Shown piece after piece: positions 41,101 through 57,240 of a stretch of DNA of 64,000 bases (its first letter is position 1; each line of letters opens with the position of its first letter). The notes below the pieces were generated by a model. It was not told where the DNA came from. It saw only the letters and a list, made by a program, of their open reading frames with translations, and ran no database searches. Source of the stretch: Microthyrium microscopicum (taxonomy: Eukaryota); NCBI GenBank assembly GCA_010405405.1, contig MU004245.1:9256-73255 (forward strand). The letters run 5' to 3'. A program made the position numbers and the translations under genes.

Positions 41101-44100
41101 TATTATTAGATTATAATAGACTACTATTAGCTTAGTATTTATACTATAGCATTTAATTTACTTTAATGCTAGTATTTTAATTAATACTAGTAATAGTATA
41201 ATAGGAATTATTAACTCTTATTATCTTTAATAATATAGTATTCTTATTTTTTAACTTACATATTTATACTTAGTAATACTTATTAATAGTAAGTTAATAT
41301 CTATAGTTAATAAAGCTACTATCCTTAACTTATATATTAGATACTATATTAAGTAGATTAGCTATTTTATTATAGAAGTAGCTTCTTATAATTTAATTCT
41401 AAGAGCATCCTAGCTAGATTAATATAAAGTTAACTTATATAAAGGTTTAAGAATATTAATCTTCTATAGTATAAGATATATTATAAATTATATTATATTA
41501 TAACGCTTAATTATTATAAACCTAAAAGAATAATTTATAAACTTAGAATTACCTAAAGAATTAGATATTACTTTTATATCTATAGTAGCGTTTAAGAAAC
41601 TAATAAAGCATAAAAACGCTATAGTTAATATATTCTAGCTTAAAGATTTTAATAATAATAAAAAAAAGAAATCTCCTAATAGTAATAAAGATAATAATAA
41701 TAGATTCGTTATAAACTTTACTATATATATTATATTAAAAGAAGATTATCTTAAATAGTAAGATAAGCAAAATTGCCCTTACCTATTAAAAAAAGAGATC
41801 TTAAAACTTATCTTAGAACGTTTTTATTAATATTTTAAAGTCTTTAATTTAAAGCGTTTAGATATTCTTACGCCTTATTATAGTAAATATAACTACGTTA
41901 TTAACCTTATTCTTAACACCAAAATTCTAAAATACTAACTTATATTAATATTACTAAAATAAGCCTTAGTTATTAAATAATATATTAAGAGTTTACTCTA
42001 ACGTAGTTTTGCTATAGGTTTAAAGTCTTAATATACTATACCTATACTTTATATAAGCAAGCTAAGAAGAGGTATCTACATCTATATTAATTACTATAAG
42101 TTAAATAATATTACTATTAAAAATAGTAACGTCCTACTACTTATTAATAAGACGCTTATATGCCTTATAAAAACAAAGTATTACTCTAAGTTTAACGTTA
42201 TTACTACCTTTAAACGTATTTATATTAAACCTAAAAATAAATATAAGATAGTATTCTTAATATGCTATAGCCTATTTAAGTTTAAAATGCTACCCTTTAG
42301 CCTTATAAAGGAACTAGAGATATTCTAAGTATATACTAATTATATGCTAATATAGTTTTTAGATAATTTTATAATTATTTATTTAGATAATATTCTAGTA
42401 TTTAGTAAGATATTAGAAGAATATAACGCCTATATATATTTAATACTAAATATATTAGAACGTATAGGCTTATTTCTTAATATTAATAAGTTAGAGTTCA
42501 TTATCTAAGAAATAAAATACCTTAGTCTAATTATTACTATAAAAGGTATTAAGATAAACTCCTTAAAGGTTAATATTATAGTTAACTAGGAATAACTAAG
42601 TTATCTTAAGGATATATAAGCATTCCTTAGATTTACTAACTTCTATTAATAATTTATCTTTAATTACTCTACTATAGTAGTATTATTAATAAATCTTACT
42701 TAAAAGGATACTCTAGCTATATTTCTCTAAGACCCTAATAGGCCTAAGAAATAAGCTTTTAAGAAGCTAAAAGTAGACTTTACTAGTATACTAATTCTAT
42801 AATACTTTAATTATATTAAGGAAACTTAAATAAAGACGAACGTATTAGATTAGGCTTACGCTACTATATTATTATAAAAAGATACAAATAACAATCTAAG
42901 ACTAGTTACCTTCCTCTCTAAGAAAATATTACTAGTAAAATATAATTATAATATTTATAATAAAGAACTATTTACTATCGTCTATACCTTTAAGGAGTAG
43001 GAACCTAAGTTATTTAGTACTAAAAATATTATAAAAGTATTCTTAAATTATTAGAATCTTTAAACCTTTATAAAGACTAAGAAGCTTATACGCTATTAAA
43101 TACGTTAGGCTAAATTCCTATTATAATTCTACTTTTTAATTAAATACTACCTTAGTAAGAATAATAGTAAAGCTAACGCTTTAACCTAAAGATTATAGGA
43201 CGTACTATAAAATAATAAAGACTTATAAGTTAAGTAATAGTATTAACTACTTCTATTCTTATATTAATTTAGTACTAAATAAGCTATTAAGCTAACTATA
43301 ATCCTTATTAACTTAATTACCTTATCCTTTATATAAATAGCTACGCTTATATTAAATAAGCTAAATATTACTATAGTAGGAGAGTCTAATTTAGAACCTA
43401 TTATAGAAAGCTCTTAGAATAAAGCTTTAGCTAGTTTAGATAATTTGCTACTAGTTAATACTAAATCCCTAGATTTTAACCTAGAGTAGTTTATATAGGA
43501 AGTAATAAAGATAAGTAAGAAAGATAAGTTACTAATCATAATTTAACTAGTAAAGGCATAGAAAGACTACTTCTTGCCCTTTAGAGTACTAGATTAAGAT
43601 TAAATTAAATTAATAAATTATAAGGCTTTACTAAATAGTACTATCCTTTATTAATAAAAGTTATTTATACTAATAATATATTTATAAAATAAAGTAATAA
43701 AATAAGCGTATTAATATAAAGTTATAGGCTATAAAGAAACTATAATAACCTACTATTATCTTTAATAAGATTATTAGTAGCTAAGAATATTAGAATATAT
43801 TAAAAAATATATTAAAGGTTATTACTATATCTTTTTAAAGTTAGTACGCTAAAAGAAATAAGGGCTTTTTTACTTATTCTCTCTATTAGATTAAGCTTAA
43901 TCTAATATCTTTATAAACTTTACTATCTTACTACTATATTATATTTATTAGAGTATAGTTTATTAGTATATTATAGTTATTATTAATTATTTAACGTAAT
44001 TATAATAGTTTATTACTCTTTTAAGTCTTTTAGTAAAAACGATAGTTATAGTATTTATTAATTAAGTATAGAAGCTATATAGTTAGCTAGACTCTATTCT

Positions 44101-45417
44101 TTTAGATTAGAGAACTTAATTTATATCTACCTTTTAGAATTACTTATATAAATATATAAGTATTATATTAAGATTAAGTACTATATAGCATCTAGAGTCT
44201 AATAGTATTACTAAAATAACTATTACTATCTTAAAATAGTATCTTAGATCCTTTATTAATTAGGATTAGAATAATTAGGTAGCCCTATTATTATTTATTA
44301 AATTTATAGTAAATTCTACTATAAGTACTACTACTAGTTTCGTACTTTTTAAGGTATAAAATAGTTTTCTATTAAAATTAGAACTTAAATTTACTTATTA
44401 TTTACTATCTAAAGCATCGTACGCTTCTATTATAATACGTAAAGAAGTTATTATTACTAATTAAGTATAAGATAGTTAAAAGAAGCTTTATAAGTTTTTA
44501 AAGAAGTAATTAGTATAAGCTTAGGCTTAATAAAAGCTCTATGCTAATAAGTATTAACGTCTAGTACTAGATCTTTATCTTAGAGACTAGGTATAACTTA
44601 ACGTTTAAAATTATAATACAACTTACTTTTTAAAAATACTTAATAGTAAAAGTATTAATCTTTTTAAGATATTATATAAAATTAATAAAGTAATCTATAA
44701 ATTAGATCTTCTTAAATTAATAAAAATATACTTAGTATTTTATACTTAGTTATTATATCTAATTAATAATAACGTATATCTATTATAGGAATTAAACCTA
44801 CCCCTAATAGTTATTAATAAAAAAGAAAGCAAAGAAGAATAGCTTATTAATACTATTATTAATAGTAAATAGAATAATAAAGGTAAGAATAAGATACTTA
44901 AATATAAGATTAAATAGATAAGATTTTATAATAAAACTTAGTAGCCTTAGAAGAATGCTATTAACGTACTTAATACTATATTAGAATTCTATAGACTTTA
45001 TTCTTAAAAGCTTAGTCTATACCTTTCTTAGTCCCTATTAGTAAATAAAGTTAAAGAAGAAGATTATAATACTAATAAACTATTCGTAAATTAGGATTAT
45101 ATAGTATAAAAAGCGTTATATTTATTTATTTTTATTAATAGTATTATACTTTTAGTTTAGTTTTTAATTTACGCTACTAAAAGGATTATAGAATACTATA
45201 AACTAGTTTAAATAAATATCCTTTTCTTTATTAAATAGATTTAGATAGTACTAAGGTAAGTAGATAGTATATTACTATATCCCTTAGTAGTAATATATAT
45301 AAAGGAGTTTTATATTTATATAGACTAGCCTAGCCTAGCCTAGATTAACCTAGACTAGACTAGAACGAATTAGATTAGAATATAGCCTATAAGGTCTATT
45401 TTAGAGAAGAGGAGTTA

Positions 45418-45640
45418 TATAAGGAATCCTTATAGGTTTAGTATTATAGTATTTAGATGCTAAGATCTAATTCTATAAATAAGATTTCTTTATCTTATTT
45501 AGGGTTAGTATATTTAAGGATATCTTAGGCTCTTACTTCTTTGTATTTATAGCTATATCTCTAGATCTCTTCTCTTCGTACTTAGATCCTATAATACTAG
45601 CTACTTTCTGCTTGCCTGTTGCGCCCGTTAGCTCCTTACA
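45418..45640 (+). repeat. 3' LTR of Gypsy B1
   Basis: Direct repeat of 37922-38144; the last ~40 bp are barely RIP-mutated. Confidence 0.95.
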
Positions 45641-48147
45641 TCTAAGGAGTTAGAAATAACTTTAAAATAACTATAATAACTTACAATAACTTTAGAAATA
45701 ATAAAATAGATAAGAGGATTTTACTAAAGTCTTAAGTTAAATAACTAAGTAACTAATCTAGCTATGCGCCTAAACGTCTTACTATAGGTTAAAATATAGG
45801 ATTTAGTACCTTTAATTTAATCTAGAAATAAAAAGATTAAAAACTATAGAGTTAGTAAGGATTCTAGAAATAAATAAAAAAAGGAATATTAAAATCTAAA
45901 AAACTTTTTTAGGCTACAACTAGTAATAGCTTAATAGTAAATTCTAATTTAAATTATAACTTACGTATCTAAACGAGGGCTATCTTGCAGTATACTTTTT
46001 ACTATTATAGCAATTATATTTAAAAAGTTATTAATAGAAATTAAAGAGTAAAAAATATATTTATCTTTAAATAATTATAACTTAATTAACTTTTAAGATA
46101 TAAAAATAATAACAATATATCTAGATAGAGCTTAATAAGCTCTAAATATTAATTTAAAAATTATACCTAAAAGTTACCTATTTAGGTTACAAGGTCTCTA
46201 ATAACTACAATAAATTTTAAATAATTATAATAGATTTTAAATAATTATAATAGATTTTTAATATATTTTAAATAACTATAATAAGTTTAAAATAACTAGA
46301 ATAATAAGAATTATTTAGTACTTTATTTAATATATATCTAATACGTATCTAATATCTTTAAAATAACTAAAATAATTATTTTACTATTAAATATATAGTC
46401 TAATTTATAATATATAATAATTTTTTTATAATAAGTATAACTTATATCTTAAAATAGAAATAGTTACTATATCAAAATATTTTATTTTTATATATAATAT
46501 ACTATAATCTAAGTATAGAGTTTTAACCTAAATTTACTAGATATTTCTATAAGTTTTACTTAAAAACTAATAGTTATAATTCTTTCTATTTTTTATAGTA
46601 TAGAAAGTAATAATTTTTAAAGATAGTAAATATAAGTAATATAAACTCTAGATTATTTATTTTATAATATTAAATAAATATATAAAATATATAGAAGCTA
46701 TAAGTATTACTACTAAAACTACGTAGAGCTTAATAGTTACTAGTAAACTTAATTTAACTTAGATGTAGCTATATTAAAACTAAGTTATATAAATTTTTAC
46801 TTATTCTATATACTAAAATTAAGTATCTAGATAAGTAAAGAAGTAGAGTAGACGTAATAATAAATTAAAAGTTACTAAAGAAAAGTAAAATTATTATAAC
46901 TTAAAGTATAATATAATTTTTATAAGAAAAGTATTAAATAATACTATATAAGCTATTTAGATATTAGTCTAATATATAAATTATAATACTTATTATAATA
47001 GTTTACTTTACTTAGATAATACTCTAGAAAATACTTTAGTAATATAGTCTAGTTTATAAGCTAGTAAAAATTAAGAGAGTAATAGATAATAGTTTTAGCT
47101 TAATAAGAAAAAGCTTATATATTCTCTAACTATTAATTATAATGTAGCATATATCTTAATTTATAACTCTAAATATATATAGTCTAATACAAAGCTCGCG
47201 CAAAGAAACTTTAGAAGCCGTAGTTTAAAGGTTAAATTGCGTTAAATAGAAACCCTATACACACACCTCTTTCGCGCAGAAGAAGCCTATTAAAGCTTTA
47301 CCTTAACGAGCTTAGTAAGCAGGAATTTTTCGAGTCAAAAGGGAAAAAGTCTGCTCTTAACTCTGGTGACTCTAAAGTGCGTGAAATGACAATATAGATA
47401 CTAATGCTTTTAATAACCAAAGCCTGGAGAAAATGCCGCATTTGCGGTAAGGTAGGTAGGTAGGTACCTTGACCGTTGACGCCACCCTAACAACCAGAGT
47501 TAGATATATGTATCTAAAAACTTGTTGGCTTTGAAGCTGTGCTCCGTAGGCAGAAGTGAGTTACTTGGTGAAGCCTTAAGAAACTTCAATTGTTTAGTGA
47601 TAGGGGATTGGTGGAGGTAGAGTTAGGCTGACCACAAGGCTGAAGAGGCAAACCTAGTTCGCAGATTAAGCGCTACCTCCGGAATGCGGTGGTGTTTTTG
47701 GTAAGGCAGCGGTGAATGGTAAAAGTCAACGAGTTGCTGCTGGAATGTTCTTTGTGTAAGAAAGGTGGGCTTACAGGGCAGGCACGGATCGCACCCTGGT
47801 CTTTTTGCCGCGAGATGTTAAGGCTGCAATAGGTCTACGTGGTGAACATTTGAAGCTCTGGCTCAACTTCTCAAGTGGCAGGACCATCCCAAGGTTGAAG
47901 GTTCCTTCCTTCACCATCTCAACCAGCTTCACCACAACTCTTTCACTCTCCAACATCTCCAACATCGTCTCGCTAGTCTGTCACTCTACCATTCATCCAA
48001 CACTACAAAACCTCGTCCTCCTTCTCCCTCCTCTCTTGCTATCCTCAACTCTCTTACACCAACTCTCCATCTACTCGCTGTCCCAACCACTGTCATCTGT
48101 TCCGTCCAAAACACCACTTAATCACATCAAAGCTCCAAGCTGCCAAT

Positions 48148-50874
<2,727 letters not shown>

Positions 50875-52485
50875 GTGCTTACAGGCTCTTGGTTTGTTTG
50901 TGCATTCGGATCGGTAAACTCGCCATGGGTGGAGTTTTATGTGTTGGTGCTTGCTGTCTTGAAGTGTCATGTTTGCCTTGTGTCGAGTCGGTCGGTTTCA
51001 TCACGGTCGATTAGATTGGGTTAATGTTAGTTGCTTTTGTTGACTTACTCACCCCTTGTTGCTGCTTTTTGATGAAGAAAAATCACCATTGCTTGATAGA
51101 GTTTTTGTGGGCATACGGGACGGGCTAGGTTAGACTTGTAGTAGCTTTGGGCCTTGTAGTGTATGTACTTCATAAATATAAAGGCATTAGGTTCTCAAGT
51201 ATTGTCTAGTTTATGCTTTCGCTGCCGTGATATATGTACATTATTTTTGGGCAATATCAAGTGGACTCTTTATATTATCACTTTGATTCTGTAGAGTAGC
51301 CTCTCTTCAACTGCGATTTTATGACTCTCCTTTGACTATCAGACACTTTTCATGCTGAATACTCTTTTCATGTGCTCCTCTCTGATGTCGAAATGAGTGA
51401 TCCTTTTGGACACTGATGGAATTTACAGCTCAACTACGATGTCTTTTATCTACCGTGCTCCGGCACCAAGTGCTGTTTTCCCTAGAGGACGTCTAATTCC
51501 TAGCGACTTATCCAATAACGTAAAAAATACCATTCTTTTAATATTAAGATAGTATGGTAAATATCGTTATGAGGTATTGCGCGAGTTGATACCTCGTCTA
51601 TTTTGACGCCGCAGACGCGGAGCGCAACTAAGGTTGCATGAGAGGCAGTGGCGTATGAAATCTATCCGGACACTCCGGATTGGCTTAACAGGTGAAGGCT
51701 TAGCATATTCCAGATCTCTTCCAACTACCTTACAAACAGCGTAGGCGAGCAATCAATCCGTCAACCAGGTTGTGACATTGCGCATCCCTCAAAGATCCAG
51801 ATGTTGTCAAGGTCCTTTCGTCAGTTCAAACGTTCCCTTTTAAGAGACAAACTTCAACAACCTAGGATTTGATCCATTACTCGTGTGCCGTTCTGCATGA
51901 GGTTCTGTCAAAAGCAAGTGGATTTCTCCCATCTCACTATCTCTAGGATCGCCATGCATGCAATGCTACCGTAGATCCAGCCGATTCCCAATCAGGGAGG
52001 TCAAATTCAACATTGCAGTCCAACCACCAGCATAGCACTACCAACTTGTAGACGCTTCTCTACCCGAACATGTCCATAATTATCGGTTAGTGGGCATCAC
52101 GCTTGAACGTCTGTGGTTCTGGCGGAGTGGCTATCATGCCCAGTTCTCAGTCGCCCGGCTAAGTGACGAGTTTACTATTCGCTCTGCTAGCTACTTATCA
52201 GCTAGAGCTAGAGAGTGGAATTCATCCTGCGAGCATGACGATCACCCGGTCAATCCATGATGGATTCCTCCAAGATTCCGGGAATGATTCAAAAACAAAA
52301 GCATTCGCCTCGAGGCCATGCTGCAAGGGTTACATTCTCCCACGTTAGGTAGGTACATTAGATGTATATATGGACACTGAGAAGCGGACTTCGATCTTAG
52401 TTGGATCGAACTCTTTCTCATTCAGGGAAGAAATCACACCTTGACAACGCTTAGTCCCTCTCGTTTTCCGTGAGCTCCAAGCAAG

Positions 52486-54261
52486 ATGAGGAGTACAATG
52501 CGTTTCGTTACCAGTGCCGTCAGCCTTCTATCCCTTACAGCGGCCCAGTTTGTACCAGCACCAACCGATCTACTAACGAAAGTCGGCTATGCAAACGTCA
52601 CAATCCGCTATAAGGAAGTACCGGCGGGTATTTGCGAACTAGATCCAAATGTGAAGTCTTATTCGGGTTATGCGGACATAGCAGCCAACCAGAGCATCTT
52701 CTTCTGGTTCTTTGAGACCAGAAACGACGACCCTTCGGATGCTCCGCTGACCGTCTGGATAAATGGAGGACCTGGAAGTAGTTCTATGATTGGTATGTAT
52801 TGGTCATGCCACCTCCTTCGCAAGTCAAGTCTAGCAGAAGTGTACTAATGCTCGCGACAGGTTTGTTCCAAGAAAACGGACCTTGTACTGTGGATGCGAA
52901 TTATAACCCAGTAAACAATCCATACTCGTGGTCAAATGTTACAAATATGCTATTCATAGGTTTGTGAAGAAATCATCGCTATGTATCAAGAACTGTCTAA
53001 TTCTGCTGAAGATCAACCTGCGCAAACAGGACACTCCTACTCGATACCTGTTCCAGGCTATCTTGATGATTCTGGATCAATTGTTGAATTGCCGAACAAT
53101 ACCTGCCCTGATATCGCCAATGGCACCTGTGGAACATTCTCCAAGCCCGATACTTCTCTCACTGCAAACTCAACAGATGCTGCTGCCTCGGGAATGTGGA
53201 AAACACTTCAAGGCTTCATGGGAGTGTTTCCTCAGTACGACCGGAAAGAATTCTTTTTCACGACCGAGTCCTATGGTGGTCACTACGGACCAGTGTTCAA
53301 CGAGTACATTGAGAAACAAAATGCAAATCTACCAGAAGGTGCAAAGGAGATCGCTCTAGAAGCAGTCCTAATCGGCAACGGATGGTACGATCCACTTCTA
53401 CAATATCAAGCATACTACAACTATACCGTATTCCCAGGAGCAACCTACGACATTGAATTCTTCAACAAAACCATCCAAGACCAGATGTACGACAACCTCT
53501 ACGGCCCTACAGGATGTGTACCACAGCTCCTAAACTGCTCCAGCACAGGCTCCAACAAAATCTGCTCCGACGCAGATAACTTCTGCTACGAGCAAGTCGA
53601 AAACTACTACGACATCTACGCCGGCCGCGACGAATACGACTCGCGCGAACTAGTCCCCGATCCCTTCCCACCAGAGTACTACGTGCAATACCTCAACACG
53701 CCAACAGTGCAAGAAGCCATTGGCGCCTTTGTCAACTTCACCGAGGGCAGCAACACTGTCGGCGACGCCTTCGGCAGCACTGGCGATGATGCTCGCGTAT
53801 TAAGCATCATTCAAGATATGCAAGACCTCATCAACAAAGGCATATATGTTGTCATGTATACCGGTGATGCAGACTATAACTGCAATTGGCTTGGTGGCGA
53901 AGCTGTGGCGGAGGAGATTTGTGCGCCTGGATTCGATGATGCGGGATACACTGATATCAAGACATCTGATGGTATTTCACATGGGCAGGTGAAGCAAGCG
54001 GCCAACTTTGCGTTCCTGCGGATCTATGAGAGTGGACATGAAGTTCCGTTCTACCAGCCGTTGGCGGCGTTGACTATGCTTTGGAGAGTTTTGAATGGGA
54101 AAGATGTCGCTACGGGGAAAACTGCTATTAGTGATAGCTATATCACTGTGGGAACACCGAAAAGCACGTATCGTGAAGGGAACGCTACGGTCCAGTTTGG
54201 TCTGGTTCCTACGAATGCGACGTACAATACTACGACGAACGAGCCGAATCCTTTTAGATAA
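52486..54261 (+). CDS. Secreted serine carboxypeptidase, family S10 (carboxypeptidase S1-like; exons 52486-52792, 52861-52959, 53012-54261; start may be 52498)
   Basis: Signal-peptide-like N-terminus; WINGGPGSSS, spliced FIDQP, ESYGGHY (catalytic Ser), GDADYNC (Asp) and SGHEVP (His); many NxS/T sites. Confidence 0.96.
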
Positions 54262-54747
54262 GTAGCGGATGGGGCTTTTAATACTGGGAGACCAAATTTA
54301 ATGTTATACTTTAATGATATTACATCTTACCAACCTGATTTGAGTCTTCAAATGGTGAAGTTCTGAGCCAGGTTATCTCATTGTCTTGTAGCCATAAAGC
54401 ACTCCGCCACAGAGAGAAAGGCTCAAATAATTTGCTCATTGATAAGTTGAATCACTCGTCTTCAAGAGGAAGATATAGAGACAATAGCGAATTGATATTG
54501 GGGTATAGACAGTGAACACTAAAATTAGTTGATCGAATCATCATTCGTGAATGATGAAGCACCATATTTTTAACAATAAACGACAGAATCAGCGAGATCA
54601 GACAGCGAAATGTATCTCTCCTATACTTCTCCACCTCCACATTTACCGCATCCAAATCTTCCATTACGTTTTGTATCATATCCAAAACTCAAATATGCCA
54701 CGACATAAAAGTGTAGCATCGCTCTAGGTCTTTTGAGAACCTTTGAT

Positions 54748-57240
54748 CTAAACCGTCTCCACACCCGTCGAATTACCCGTCGCTGGCTTATCCTTAACCA
54801 TCACATCCGCCAACGTCTTTGGTGGCGTGACATCCTCAAACTTATACAACGATGGCTCTGGCATGCCCTTTCGTCGAAGAATGTAGCGCTTGACCCAGTA
54901 TGGCGCAACAGTACCGGTCTGGTATTTCATATGTGTGCGCGTTGGCACGGCAAAGACATAGTCGAGTTCTTCGAGTGTACGCTGCTTGGTCTCCGGTAGC
55001 CAGAAGAAGATCATCCAGAAAGCGAGGAAGTTCATGCCGGCGTAGAAGCCAAAGACACCGACAGGCTTGAAGGCGCGAAGCATACGGGGGAGGGTGAGGG
55101 AGAGGATGGAGCCCCAGAAGTTGTTGGTGGCGACGGCCCAGGACATGCCGACTTCTCTGTGAGATAGGGGGAAGACTTCGGCTGAGTAGGTGAAGGGCAC
55201 GGGTCCTATTATGTGTTAGTCTTGATACTAAATTGATTGTTCAGTTAGAGTATTTGTTTACCTTCTCCGGGGCTGTAGAATGCATCGAAAATGTAGATGA
55301 AGAAGGCGATCATTCCAAGATGAGCCCTTGAGTCTGTGGGGATGTAGAAACAGAAGCCGGCTGCGAGAAGACTCCAACACATATTAGGGAAAGTGAATAG
55401 AAGGAGCTAGAAATATGTTAGTAACTGGGTCAAACATGAGAGTTTAAGGTAAGGAATGACATACAGCTCGTCGTCCAAAGGTATCAATTGTCCATACAGC
55501 TGGCCAAGCGAAAACGAAATTGATCAATCCGAATCCCCATGAAGCAAGTAGAGATGTAGTGGGACTACCTCCAGCCTGTTCGAAGATTGTGGTGCTGTAA
55601 AAGGCAATGATGTTGACTATTCAATGGTCAGCCGAATACCTTGCATAATCCTCAGGTATTTATACTTACTTCCGCACATCTGCTGAGCAATCATGACAAT
55701 ACCCGAAGCTTGAGTGGCGCGTCGAATACGTGGAATGGTGAAAAGTTCGCCAAATCGAGTAAAGAAGTTGCTGTTTGGCGATAGACCAGACTCGATGATA
55801 AGAAGTTCCTCTTGTCGGAGCAGAGCATGTGCATAGTAAAGATCTCTTGCAGCTTGAACCTCCGAAGATCGTAATCTCTTGAATGACCTATCGATATTAG
55901 TTGGTTTTCTGCGATCAAAGTTTGCATGAACTTACGCAAAAGCCTCTGTATAGCGTTTTTTCTGCATAAGCCATCGAGGCGACTCAGGACAGAAGAAGAT
56001 GCCGATGACAAGAGGTACAGCAGGCAAAAACGCGCTTCCCAGTTGAAGACGCCATGCTGCCACTTTGGTAGAATCCTTCACAATGAGATTTGCACAAGTG
56101 CCGAGGAAAATCCCAAAAGCTGTCCAAATTTGCCTGCGAGCACATTAGATATTGATATGTTGAAGGGCGGCCGAGAACTTACCATGTCATGACCAGGCCA
56201 CCGCGCACAAGAGGTGGTGCGACTTCTGCGGAGAACACAGGGACAGTGACTTCTTTCAAGCCCATGCCTATAATGCGGTCAGTACCAAGAAGCAAAAAAG
56301 GTGCCTACATGATTCTTACCAATCCCAAGAAGCATACGACAGGCCAGAAGTTGACCCCATGTCTGAGAACAGGCCATACCGAATGGCGCGCACAAGGAGA
56401 AGACTGCGCCAATGAAGATAGTAATACGTCGACCGAACAAGTGGTTAAGAGGGTCTGAAAGCCATCCAGCACTGCAAACTGTTAGCTAGCTCCAAGTAGC
56501 GTCAATATTGTATACGGCTTACAAAACGCAGATAGTGATATATGGCATGGCATTGATTACTCCCACGATCCAGTTGTTTTTATCGCACAGAGCGGACGCT
56601 GCAGGACTCGCATCGCATTGGGTGCCGGAGTCTGGAATACCCAAAGCCAATGGGAAGGAGATGTTCGCGCCATTAGAACCTGATTAGTTGTAAGTATGTT
56701 AATCGTGGTGCCATCCTCTCGAAACTGACCTGTTTGATCCCATCCTTGGATCGCAGCTGCGATGGAGTTGAGAATGATGGTGAAATAAAGAGTCCTTGGG
56801 TGTCTCCATCTATGAGCCTGCTCCTGGCGCAAAGACTCTACTTCACCCGCATCGAGTTCGCCAATGGTGTCGTACGCGAAGGGACTTTGGGCCACCAGTG
56901 CGCCTTTGCGGAGTAAGGGAAGTTGATCGGTTAAACCGCCTTCGGAAGCAAATCGTTCAACGTCGGCGAAAAGTTCATCTTTGGGGATTCCAATCAGTGG
57001 GTTGCGAATTCTTGGTAATAGTTAGCGCTACAATTAGACAATGGTGTGTATTTTTTACTTACTCTCCAGTTACATTAGAAGACAGCTCTTGGCCAATACT
57101 GCTACGCCGTCTCGCAAAGGAATCAGAGCGAGGTACGTCTTGCCCGGTCCTACGTTGTGGTTAGTATCACCGAATACGTCAAAGCTCGAGTCAACGAGTC
57201 GCAATACTAACTTCTCGGGAATTTCTGCCTTCTCGGCCAT
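54748..57240 (-). CDS. MFS sugar porter, polyol/inositol-transporter-like (~11 exons)
   Basis: The spliced product begins [10 protein letters not shown] and contains [50 protein letters not shown] and [12 protein letters not shown]. About ten short GT-AG introns. Confidence 0.94.

Larger units (their letters stand above)
37922..45640 (+). mobile_element. Ty3/Gypsy chromovirus B copy 1, full length, RIP-inactivated
   Basis: 223-bp LTRs (the 3' LTR ends in intact CA), TSD TCTAA (37917-37921 / 45641-45645) and PPT agagaagaggag. Protease LINTS (=LIDTG) at ~41178, RT YLDNILVFS at ~42380, chromodomain remnant at ~44834-44930. Confidence 0.97.
1..47200. other. AT-rich, RIP-mutated nested transposon block (heterochromatin-like; possibly centromeric)
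   Basis: No ORF in the supplied track until 47771. CA/TG dinucleotides are nearly absent while TA/TAG/CTA are abundant, and paralogous copies differ almost only by C>T/G>A. Composition reverts to normal at ~47190-47340. Confidence 0.97.

Noticed and set aside
45641..47330. Possible Starship or DNA-transposon terminus at the AT/GC boundary
   Set aside because: No paired TIRs, target duplication or tyrosine recombinase/transposase motif could be read through the RIP damage.
47740..47910. HSE-like GAAnnTTC and Rpn4-like GTGGCA words upstream of CDC48
   Set aside because: Only two-unit or partial matches, expected by chance.
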